A stretch of DNA of 64,000 nt from Candidatus Cloacimonadales bacterium (GTDB lineage: Bacteria; Cloacimonadota; Cloacimonadia; Cloacimonadales; JAFGVF01), in assembly GCA_963663475.2 (NCBI GenBank), contig CAXXJV010000001.1, forward strand, positions 1,216,001-1,280,000. The letters are read 5' to 3'. The position numbers were made by a program, and so were the translations under genes. Numbering within the stretch: position 1 is the first letter of the stretch; every line of letters starts with the position of its first letter. Below, piece by piece: positions 48,366 to 57,700 of the stretch. Below the pieces are notes generated by a model. The model searched no databases. It saw only the letters and a list, made by a program, of their open reading frames with translations, and was not told the origin of the DNA.

Positions 48366-49372
48366 TTTTATTAAACCCTTACAGGGTTACACTTTTTGTG
48401 TACACCATAACCCAGGGTTGCAATCCCTTCAGGATTTTACCCTGGGCTAATCTATTAATCCCCTCTGGGGATAAAAGACCTATCCTTGGGGATTGATAGG
48501 ATTTCCAAATAATAATAACAGATGGGGTAAACCCCAATAATGCAGTAGACCTTTGTGAATAGCAGAATATTCTTCAGCAAACTAAGATCCATAATTTCTC
48601 CGAATATATAAATTATATTTGTCAAAATTCTGTAAGCTATTTTGCTAGAATAATCTGCACTTTTCACTTGTTATGCGTAGCTTTAGCGAAGTATTACTAA
48701 AGCTCTACTTTTTATTAAACCCTTACAGGGTTACACTTTTTGTGTACATCATAACCCAGGGTTGCAATCCCTTCAGGATTTTACCCTGGGCTAATCTATT
48801 AATCCCCTCTGGGGATAAAAGACCTATCCTTGGGGATTGATAGGATTTCCAAATAATAATAACAGATGGGGTAAACCCCAATAATGCAGTAGACCTTTGT
48901 GAATAGCAGAATATTCTTCAGCAAACTAAGATCCATAATTTCTGCGAATATATAAATTATATTTGTCAAAATTCTGTAAGCTATTTTGCTAGAATAATCT
49001 GCACTTTTCACTTGTGATGCGTAGCTTTAGCGAAGTATTACTAAAGCTCTACTTTTTATTAAACCCTTACAGGGTTACACTTTTTGTGTACATCATAACC
49101 CAGGGTTGCAATCCCTTCAGGATTTTACCCTGGGCTAATCTATTAATCCCCTCTGGGGATAAAAGACCTATCCTTGGGGATTGATAGGATTTCCAAATAA
49201 TAATAACAGATGGGGTAAACCCCAATAATGCAGAAGACCTTTGTGAATAGCAGAATATTCTTCAGCAAACTAAGATCCATAATTTCTCCGAATATATAAA
49301 TTATATTTGTCAAAATTCTGTAAGCTATTTTGCTAGAATAATCTGCACTATTCACCTGTGATGCGTAGCTTT
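48366..49372. repeat. Three tandem 344-bp composite REP/MITE units
   Basis: Units start at ~48366, 48710 and 49054; only a few SNPs between copies; the ORF track shows the same 344-bp offset. Confidence 0.95.
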
Positions 49373-49447
49373 TGTGAATAGAATTCTAGCCACAAAAACC
49401 TACTAGACTATTTGGATTAAATTTTTACTTCTTGAAGTATGAACTAA

Positions 49448-51052
49448 TTATCTTAAATATTCTTTTGCTTTATTAATAATTTCTTGATCAGTGCCTAGCA
49501 ACTCAGCTATCATAAGTCCAGCTTGGGGAGTTTCTCTTTTACCAGTGATTTTTATAAGATTATACTTCATTTTTTTATGCAGTGCTTTTAGTCTATTATC
49601 TGGATTAATTTGATTTTGGTCTCTAATTTCCTTAAAGTCATCTTCAGTAATTCCAGGGATAGTAAAGTGGGCCACACCTTCAATTTCTAGAGGTGAATTA
49701 AAGTGAGTAGCACAGAAGGAGAAGTTATTTTTAGTATTTAGGCTTTCAAACATAGCTTTGGATAGGGCATTTCCTTCTTTAGGATTAGTACCTCTGGCAA
49801 ATTCATCTAAGATGAAGAGTCCTTTTCCCTGTCTTCCATAATAAGAGTTTATCCTAACCAATTCTTTACCAAAAGAGCTTAAATCGATAGATTTTTGATT
49901 AGCTTCATCCCCAGTAACTAGGATGTAATCGAAGAGAGGTATGATGCATTTATAAGCAGGAAGGGGGAAACCATGTTGAGCAAGATAGGAGAATTGTCCT
50001 AAAGTAGTAAGGGCTGTAGATTTACCAGCCATATTAGCACCAACAAGGATGTTCATTTTTTTATCTAAGATAAGGTCAATTTTTTGATATTTAATAGAGA
50101 CTCTTTTTAGGGCATCATAGACAGGGATATTTACAGCTTGGATAATTTGGACCTTATATTCTTGGGTTAAGCTAGGTAAACAACAGTCATACTTAAGTGC
50201 AAAAAGAGATTTTCCCAGCATATCATCAAAGATAGCTACAATTTCCAATGATTTAGTTAGATTTTCTTGATATTTTTCTAGCTGCTTGGAAAGTTGGGAA
50301 ATAACCTGATTACTGATTTCTTCTTGTTTAATAAAGAGGTTATTTAACTTATATTCATAATTCCTAACTGTCTCAGGATATTTTATATAATAGATTGTGT
50401 TAGCAAAGTTTTCTTCTTGAATACCAAAATAATCACTTTCCTCAATTTTAGTTTTTAAATCAACCTTCATATTAGAAACAATTATTTTTTCTTCTATTTT
50501 GCTTAGTTTTAGCTGATCCATTATCTTCTGTCTAAACAACTGCTGTTCAATTTTCTTTTTGCGGGAAAGAGAGGCAATTTCTTCTCTAATAGCTTGCAGG
50601 TCTGAGGAATAAGCAGAAGATATTTTGAAGGTTGGAACTTCTTGACCCTCAGGGTCTAAGATATTAAATACTCTCCTTAAGTGAGGAAAATCTTCTACTA
50701 ATTTAAAATTATCCTTAGCAAGTTGAAGTCTTAATCTTTCATAGAAATAACAAAATTGTTTAATCTCGAAAAGTTCATGAATTTGGATATCTTTTCCTAA
50801 ACGTTTAATGCTGTAAGAAATATCTTTAAGGTGAAGCAATTCATTTTTAAGCTTGTCTTGCAAAACTGTATTATCACCTACCTTTTCAATCACTTGGCCT
50901 AGTGATTGAAAGTAAGCAGTCAGCTTATCTTCTTGACCAGGGAGGCAGGGTTGGAGATTTTTCCTATACTTTCTTCCTAATTCTGAAAAAGTTTCAACTC
51001 TATCTAATATCTCTTTTAAATCAAGAGCTTCAAAAGACCATTTATCTAACAT
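49448..51052 (-). CDS. MutS domain V ATPase, KamC-like (lysine 5,6-aminomutase reactivase ATPase family)
   Basis: GANMAGKST, LSSFG.E, LDEFARGTNP.EG, ATH; no mismatch-binding or Smr domain evident. Confidence 0.72.
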   Translation of the reverse strand: MLDKWSFEALDLKEILDRVETFSELGRKYRKNLQPCLPGQEDKLTAYFQSLGQVIEKVGDNTVLQDKLKNELLHLKDISYSIKRLGKDIQIHELFEIKQFCYFYERLRLQLAKDNFKLVEDFPHLRRVFNILDPEGQEVPTFKISSAYSSDLQAIREEIASLSRKKKIEQQLFRQKIMDQLKLSKIEEKIIVSNMKVDLKTKIEESDYFGIQEENFANTIYYIKYPETVRNYEYKLNNLFIKQEEISNQVISQLSKQLEKYQENLTKSLEIVAIFDDMLGKSLFALKYDCCLPSLTQEYKVQIIQAVNIPVYDALKRVSIKYQKIDLILDKKMNILVGANMAGKSTALTTLGQFSYLAQHGFPLPAYKCIIPLFDYILVTGDEANQKSIDLSSFGKELVRINSYYGRQGKGLFILDEFARGTNPKEGNALSKAMFESLNTKNNFSFCATHFNSPLEIEGVAHFTIPGITEDDFKEIRDQNQINPDNRLKALHKKMKYNLIKITGKRETPQAGLMIAELLGTDQEIINKAKEYLR

Positions 51053-51133
51053 TTATACCTCGAATTTCCTCATTTCTTACATTCAATAATTAGCTGAAAT
51101 ACTGGCAAGCTTTTTTTAGGCTTTCTAGCAAGT

Positions 51134-51175
51134 AGACCAGACTTCCTCAACCCTAGGTAAGGGACTTCGGACGAA
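51134..51175 (-). repeat. Partial inverted copy of the 85-bp GC-rich repeat
   Basis: Reverse complement TTCGTCCGAAGTCCCTTACCTAGGGTTGAGGAAGTCTGGTCT resembles the second hairpin of 26354 and 32946. Confidence 0.7.
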
Positions 51176-51229
51176 CATAATATAAGAACTAGACAAAAAA
51201 GGAAAAATAAAAAAAATAAAAAAAATACC

Positions 51230-51252
51230 AACACTTGCTGGTTTTCATTCGT
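51230..51252 (+). promoter_or_regulatory. Candidate ECF sigma promoter (AAC-N17-CGT)
   Basis: ccAACacttgctggttttcattCGTc just upstream of the ECF gene RBS, preceded by an A-tract. Confidence 0.55.
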
Positions 51253-51276
51253 CTTAGTTTATGAAAAGGAGATAAA

Positions 51277-51765
51277 ATGGATAAAATTGAAGAAATAATT
51301 AGTGAATACTCTGATTTGATAGCAGATTATGCTTTGTCAATTGCGCATGACAAAGATCTTGCAGATGATATTATGCAAGACTGTTATCTTAAGATTATCA
51401 ATAATAATCTTCTTTTAGCCCGTTTAACCCCTAATCAAATTAGAAGCTGGCTTTTCACTGTGATAAAAAACATTCTTATTGATAAGAAAAGAAAAAAAAG
51501 AATCGAAAACATACCCTTAGAAATAGCTACAAGCTATGAGGATAATCTTGTTCTGACTAGTCAGGTTGAGATCTTGCTAGATTATTTACCTGAAGATGAA
51601 AGAAACATAATTTATAATAAGTATTGGTTGGGGATGAATTCTCAAGAAATTGCAGGTGAAATGAACATGTCTGCCTCTACTGTAAGGTGGAAACTGCAAA
51701 AAGCTCTGAGTAGTCTAAGACAAAAGGTAGGTGACTCTTTATGGAAACAAGACTATTATCTTTAG
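51277..51765 (+). CDS. ECF sigma factor
   Basis: Region 2 DLADDIMQD..L..WLFTV.KN..ID..R; region 4 LP..ER.I....YW.GM...EIA..M..S.STV...L..A. Confidence 0.9.
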   Translation: MDKIEEIISEYSDLIADYALSIAHDKDLADDIMQDCYLKIINNNLLLARLTPNQIRSWLFTVIKNILIDKKRKKRIENIPLEIATSYEDNLVLTSQVEILLDYLPEDERNIIYNKYWLGMNSQEIAGEMNMSASTVRWKLQKALSSLRQKVGDSLWKQDYYL

Positions 51766-51884
51766 GCGAGTGGATTATCATGCATTTGATACCATTCACA
51801 AGGACAGAAAACGCGGAAGAATTATCAGAAGATGACTTAGAAGAACTAGAAAAAATAAGAGAAGAAAACCATATTTGGAGATAA
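51741..51884 (+). CDS. Small acidic 47-aa peptide overlapping the ECF sigma gene (not in ORF track)
   Basis: METRLLSLGEWIIMHLIPFTRTENAEELSEDDLEELEKIREENHIWR; AGGTAGGTG RBS-like sequence upstream. Confidence 0.5.
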   Translation: METRLLSLGEWIIMHLIPFTRTENAEELSEDDLEELEKIREENHIWR

Positions 51885-51908
51885 TCCCAAATAATGCATT
51901 AGATCTTT

Positions 51909-52023
51909 GCGAATAGCACTATCTTCTTTTGCAAAAGTAAGCTACATAATTTTCATGAATATATATATTATATGCTTTCAAATTCTGTAACTTATTTTGC
52001 TAAAAGAACCTAGCACTCTTCAT
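51909..52023. repeat. Diverged copy of the ~113-bp GTGAATAG-ended MITE-like element
   Basis: GCGAATAGCACTATCTTC...TTTTGCTAAAAGAACCTAGCACTCTTCA; aligns with the internal part of the 344-bp unit. Confidence 0.6.
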
Positions 52024-52062
52024 CAAAGTTCAAATGCCTATTCGTGATAAAGGAGAAGAAAA

Positions 52063-53268
52063 ATGAAAAGAATAGAAAATATTGGTGCTGTGGATTTAAG
52101 ATTTGCTGACAAAGAGACTTTGGAAAATATATCACAAATTTCAAATACTGGAATAGTAATTTACTCGCAAAGAGTAAAGAACTTAATGTCAAACATTGCT
52201 ATTTCCAATACAGGCATGGTAGAAGAAGTTCCTGAAGACTATAAGTTGGAAGTAGGTAACCTGGATATTAATAAAGCAATGCTTGAGGCTATGGAAAGTC
52301 CTTTAAAAAGTGTTATCTTAGGTGTGATAACAATTGATCATGATGTTACTGCTGAATTAGTTCAAAATAAGATTGAAGGCATTTTTAATATTGGCGTTAT
52401 TAATGCTCCTAAAGATCTTGTGGGATTAGTTAAAAACAAGGTAGTCAAAAATATAGGGGTAATAAGAGAAACTTCCAAAGATAGACTTTCTATCCAAGGG
52501 AGCAAAGAGCTTACCAATAACTATTTGAAGAGCCTCAAGGATGATATTAATTTGGAAGTTATGGGAAGCCTCTCAATGTTAGAAGATATTGACCTAGATT
52601 TGTTCTCTCAGAAAGTAAAAGCAATTTCCCTTATGGGGTCTGCAACAGTTCGTGAGAAATATCAAACAGTTTTTGAGAGCATTGCTAAAGTTCAAGGCTC
52701 TTTGAAAATTGTTCCAGATAATTGCAAGATTCTTAGATCACTAACCCAACTTGATTCAATCCAAGTTAGAAGAATGGGCAAAGAAAATATCTATTCTCAT
52801 GGTTCAATAATCTTCAAAGAAGATGTGACTCCTGCTGACCTAGAGCAAGGAATGGGTAAAATCCTTAAGTGTAAAAGAATTTTAGCTCATGAGAAGTTAG
52901 TGGATAGTCTTATTGAAATTATTGATTCAGATATTCCTATTACCTCTTATGCTGGTAAGCTGGTAATAAATAGTGGAGAAAAGACCTTCACCCAACTAGA
53001 ACTGCAATATGCTAAAGAAGCTTACTTTATAATTAATAAGGGAGTGCTTAACTTTGAAGACAAAATTGATCCTGATTTATTCTATGAAAAAATCGATATT
53101 CTAGAAAATTATGGTCAAATCTTAGCACCTGAATCACTATATGGTCTAGTAGAACTTAAAACTAGTCTTAATAAAGGTGAACTAATTAATACCTCTAAAA
53201 AGACAGAAAAGGCTGAAAAAGAAAAAGATACTGATACTATCTCTAATATGGGTATGTTGAAGTTGTAA
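52063..53268 (+). CDS. Hypothetical cytoplasmic protein with internal repeats, ECF-linked
   Basis: AAGGAG RBS; recurring I.N.G.I motif (IENIG, ISNTG x2, IFNIG.I.AP, LENYG.I.AP, ISNMG). Confidence 0.75.
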   Translation: MKRIENIGAVDLRFADKETLENISQISNTGIVIYSQRVKNLMSNIAISNTGMVEEVPEDYKLEVGNLDINKAMLEAMESPLKSVILGVITIDHDVTAELVQNKIEGIFNIGVINAPKDLVGLVKNKVVKNIGVIRETSKDRLSIQGSKELTNNYLKSLKDDINLEVMGSLSMLEDIDLDLFSQKVKAISLMGSATVREKYQTVFESIAKVQGSLKIVPDNCKILRSLTQLDSIQVRRMGKENIYSHGSIIFKEDVTPADLEQGMGKILKCKRILAHEKLVDSLIEIIDSDIPITSYAGKLVINSGEKTFTQLELQYAKEAYFIINKGVLNFEDKIDPDLFYEKIDILENYGQILAPESLYGLVELKTSLNKGELINTSKKTEKAEKEKDTDTISNMGMLKL

Positions 53269-53285
53269 AAGATGAATAATAAGAT

Positions 53286-53322
53286 GCCTTTGCTAGTTTT
53301 TTTGAGCTAGTGAAGGCTTTTT
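53286..53322. terminator. Terminator hairpin between convergent genes
   Basis: GCCTTTGCTAG...CTAGTGAAGGC followed by TTTTTT. Confidence 0.6.
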
Positions 53323-54272
53323 TAACTATCAAAAATGCCTTCTGTGTCTTGAACAACTTTGATTTTCTTCTGTTTAACTAAATCTTTAAAAACCTGCATT
53401 TCAACATTTGTTTTACCTCTCTTATTCAATTTCTGAGCCTTTTTTAATTCGTCAGGAATCTCATTAACAGAATGTGATACCACATACTTAGGAAGGATAG
53501 GGAACTCTAATATTTTGATTCGCTTGCCTTCAACTATTTGGAACTTAATAATAAAAACCCTCAGTTCATCAGCAAAATTTCGATAAATAATAAGGAATCT
53601 ATAATCGTATTCTGATAAAAAATCAACTGTTATCTTTCTGATAGTTTTTATTTCTATATCCTTAATACAATCATTAATAATACAATCAGATAAAGATTCG
53701 GAAAATTCTGTTAAAGTATTTTCATTTAGAGCTTTTACAAATTTACCTAGAAAATAATAAATACTATTATGAAGCTTTGTTCCAGAAATTGAACTGGTAA
53801 AAACATGGTCTTTCATCTTTTTGAACAATATGATTTCTTGAGTTAATCTGTATATCTTAGCTTGGATTCTTTTCTTTTTGACCTTGTATGCTTTCGCCAA
53901 GTCACTAATCTTAAAATGTTCATTATAATACTTGTGGAGTAATTCTTGATCTGTCTTTTTGATAAAGTCATAAGAAAAGAAATCAAGATTATTTACCTGG
54001 TCTTCACTTTCATCTAGTTTCATGCTTTCTAAATGATCAGGTTCAAAGATTACTTCCTTATTCTTCTGAGATATTTTATATTTAGTAAAACAGAAATTTT
54101 TAGTTACTGTATATAACCAGTTATCCAGTTTCTCGGGATCAATCTTGTCTCTGTTTACAAACAACTGAATCGCTGAAAGCTGAGCAATATCCTGAGCTGT
54201 ATCATGATTATTTATGTATTTAACAGCTACTCTATAAGCATACTTCAATACTTGGTCATAATTAAAATCCAT
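53322..54272 (-). CDS. Divergent ECF sigma-like protein with ~170-aa C-terminal extension
   Basis: Region 2-like AY.VA.KY..N.D.AQDIAQ...WLY.V.KN; region 4-like ELL..YY....I.DLA..Y.V....I...I.RL. Confidence 0.68.
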   Translation of the reverse strand: MDFNYDQVLKYAYRVAVKYINNHDTAQDIAQLSAIQLFVNRDKIDPEKLDNWLYTVTKNFCFTKYKISQKNKEVIFEPDHLESMKLDESEDQVNNLDFFSYDFIKKTDQELLHKYYNEHFKISDLAKAYKVKKKRIQAKIYRLTQEIILFKKMKDHVFTSSISGTKLHNSIYYFLGKFVKALNENTLTEFSESLSDCIINDCIKDIEIKTIRKITVDFLSEYDYRFLIIYRNFADELRVFIIKFQIVEGKRIKILEFPILPKYVVSHSVNEIPDELKKAQKLNKRGKTNVEMQVFKDLVKQKKIKVVQDTEGIFDS

Positions 54273-54380
54273 TTAACTGTACCTCTGTAATTCTATGCAT
54301 CTCCTACAGATACAAGATTTTCAACGAAAATATCATCCTTTTTTACTCTAATATATATATAATCTATTTAGGAGCTCTTT

Positions 54381-54584
54381 ATGAAAAGAATGATGTTAAT
54401 TCTTACTATTATCATTTTTTGTAGTGCTGTATTTTCAAGTCAAGTGGATTTTTCGCAATATCGACAAATATACGTTTATGAACTTGAAGGTATTGATTAC
54501 CAGGTGGTTTTGAGAGATGAAAATAATGAGCCTATTCTCGTAATTATCGATGGTGAAATTCTTTATGTAGAATATTTGCAATAG
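54381..54584 (+). CDS. Small secreted protein
   Basis: AGGAG RBS; MKR plus hydrophobic signal peptide ending AVFS. Confidence 0.65.
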   Translation: MKRMMLILTIIIFCSAVFSSQVDFSQYRQIYVYELEGIDYQVVLRDENNEPILVIIDGEILYVEYLQ

Positions 54585-54746
54585 TCAAGAATAGATGCCT
54601 TAATGCTACAATTTTGCATATAAGTTGATAATTAAATATAGTAGTGTATAAAATGAAATGAGTGTGAACTATGGTTAGATTTTATCTCATGTATAAACAA
54701 ATCAATAATAAGTACATGAAGAATACTTTAAAAAAAAGGAGGAAAA

Positions 54747-57700
54747 ATGACCAGAAAATTATTTGTAATTATTTTAGTTGTATTAAGTTGTAGTTTGTTC
54801 TCTGCAAATAGAACATTTTCTATTAGTGAAGATTTGCTAGATGATATGAGGAATTCTGGAGATATTGTTTTTAGAAAAGCTGTAGGAATCAATTCAAATC
54901 CCTTGCCCCTCAATCTAGTTGAATCTATAACAGATTATGACAGATCAGTAGTTGGGAGTTATTACTCTAATTTACAAGCTTATGCTTTAGAAACTTATAA
55001 AGCTTTTTTTAATTATGAAAATGGTGAGTATATAACAGATGTTGATAAGTTAGAAGAAGTTGTTAACCATCTGGCTTACGGTATCAATTTTACAGGAGAG
55101 CTAGGAGCGGATTATCCTAGTCTTCATAAGCTTGTGACCTTAGATGATGCTTCTGGTACTATAAGATGGCCAATAGATATTGAAACAATTTTTACTACTG
55201 ATTTAAATGGTGCTAATGACTACGACTTTTTCACAATCGATTCTGGTTATAATGAGAGAAACATCTTACAATACACCTTAGGTTACATTGCATTCATTTA
55301 TGATATGGTCTATTATCAAATTGATGAAATGCCTAATTCTATAGTAATAAGAGAAACAATCGAGGCAAAAATTGATAATATCTCTACTCTTTTATACACC
55401 AAAATGAGTAATTATGGTCCAACTTCAACCTGGGATCTGGAATTTCAACCATTGTGGTATTCTTATGGTGATGGACAAAGGCAGGATTTAGGATTTATTA
55501 CTTTGAACTCCTTAGGTTATTTAAGGTTAGTTATTGGAGAAGAGCCTGATGAAGGGATTTTGAGTTGGGTATTAAACAAAATTGATTCTACTTATCCTGT
55601 TGAACCAAGTTTTTATGATGGTTTTAGTACAATTGTGGGTGATAAAACTGATATGCTTAGTTATCTAACTGATAATGCTGGCTTTTTCTCTTCTGGTATT
55701 GACTACTCATCTCAAACACTAAAAGGGTCTCCTGAAATTTTCTTTTCTGCTCTCAAAAGATCCTACGGTAATAGTTTCAATATCTGGGATAGCCCTAAAA
55801 TGTCTTCTTGGATAGAAGAAATAATCATAAATCTTGGCCCTAACAGAACTATTATTCCATGGTCAGAGGCTTGGACAATACCCCTTAGTACACGCCTTCC
55901 CGGCGGAATGTACTCTTATTACCATAATAATACCAATAATTCTGAAGTTAGGAACAAAGTCAAATGGTTTGTTAATGAGTATTTTTCTTACACAAATATT
56001 TGGCCTGATAATTCTCTCTTCAGTACTTTTTTACCTTTTGGTATATGTTATGAACCTGGAGTTCCATCATTGAATGGTCAATTAGCTCTACCAATTCACA
56101 TTGATAATGGTTATCATACAGATTCTGATTTTACTCTGATTGGCAACGAAGCATCTTCAGGAAGTTACTTCGATAGTGCTTTTCTTGCTGTAAATCATAA
56201 TAATAGTTTTTATATGGAGAGATCACATTATCAGAATGAAAAAGGTAATTATCTTTTCTGGTATGATAATGATTATTTCATTATCGACTGTGGTTACCAA
56301 TTAAGAACTAAATGGGGTGCATATGAAACTACTGAAACTGATAGCACAGTAACTCATGATGGTAAGAATTTTAATAATCGGTGTGCATGGAACAGATCAA
56401 GATACGCTATGAATACAGTTCTGGTCAATCCAGAAATTCAAGATGAACAACTATATTTTGAGGAATTCTGGAAATTCGAGGAAAACAACCTACCGTACCC
56501 TGTATTTAATAACAATATTCAGACTTTTGATAGTAAATTTAGTATGAGACCGTCAAGTCTCTCTTTTTGGGATGATTATAATAATTCAAATACAGTAACA
56601 GATCCTATAGAAAAATCTTTCTTTTTGGATTATAACACATATAAACATCTTCAAACAGTCAATACTTTCGGTACACTTGATACTTCAACTAGTCCTAATT
56701 CTTTTACGGAAGATGGTCGCTATACTTATACTAGAGATTTCTATAAACACGATAATGGGACAGTGGTTATTCTTGATAATATTAAAGATAATTACCGAAC
56801 TAGCATGAATAACTACCGAAATCAGTTCCATATTAATAGATCAGTGAGTGTAGATTATTATGATGATCTGTTTTCTTTATCAAGGGGAGATAATATTATA
56901 CATGGTGCTTTTAGTGGTTTATCATCGACAATCGATTATAAATTTGATTATGAAGGCTCAACTGAATTTCCTCATGGAGTACTAACTACAACAGATTACC
57001 CTACCACTACCTCACCGTCAGGTTACTCACATGAAAGAATAAGGCTCGAAAGTTCAGATGTATATGACGAAACTTATCTTACAGTTTTGTATCCTGAAGA
57101 GAATTCAAATATTGTTAATACAACTTCCGACAAATCTAGTAGTTATTATACCTACAAAATTGAAAAATCATCAAATGGCATTGATTATCATTCTATCACT
57201 GATAAAAGTTGGCAAAATGTATGGAGTTCTGCTGAAGTTAGAATATCAACAGATGCTTCATATTCTTTAGTAAGTTATACAGACTACAATCATTCAGAAT
57301 TAGATGAAATGATTATTAAGGAAGGAGATAAATTATCTATTAATAATATTATACTTTTTGAAAGTCATGACTCAAATGATTTTGAAGAGGTCAGTGTTAA
57401 ATTTAAGACTGATAATCTCATCTCAATAATGGTTAAAACGGATGAAATATGTAATAACCCAAAACTTAAGATTCTTAGAACTATGAATAATGAAGAATAT
57501 ACTTGTTTGGATGTAACTAATAAATACGGAACAGGCCACGAAGACATTAATGGTACTAATACAAACACACTATCTGCAATCTATTATGATGATAATTATT
57601 TCTATGTGAATTATGATACATCCGAGCTTCCATCAAACGCATTAAGAGTTTTAAGAAATGAAACGATTACGCTAACTGAGGGAAATATTTCATTAACTAA

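Noticed and set aside
48455..49355. Three near-identical 70-aa ORFs
   Set aside because: By-product of the 344-bp repeat; the GTG start is the end of the TIR element and there is no RBS
49448..51052. MutS-like gene as a CRISPR accessory or mismatch-repair gene
   Set aside because: Opposite strand, separated from the array by repeats, lacks DNA-binding domains, and motifs fit the KamC-like family better
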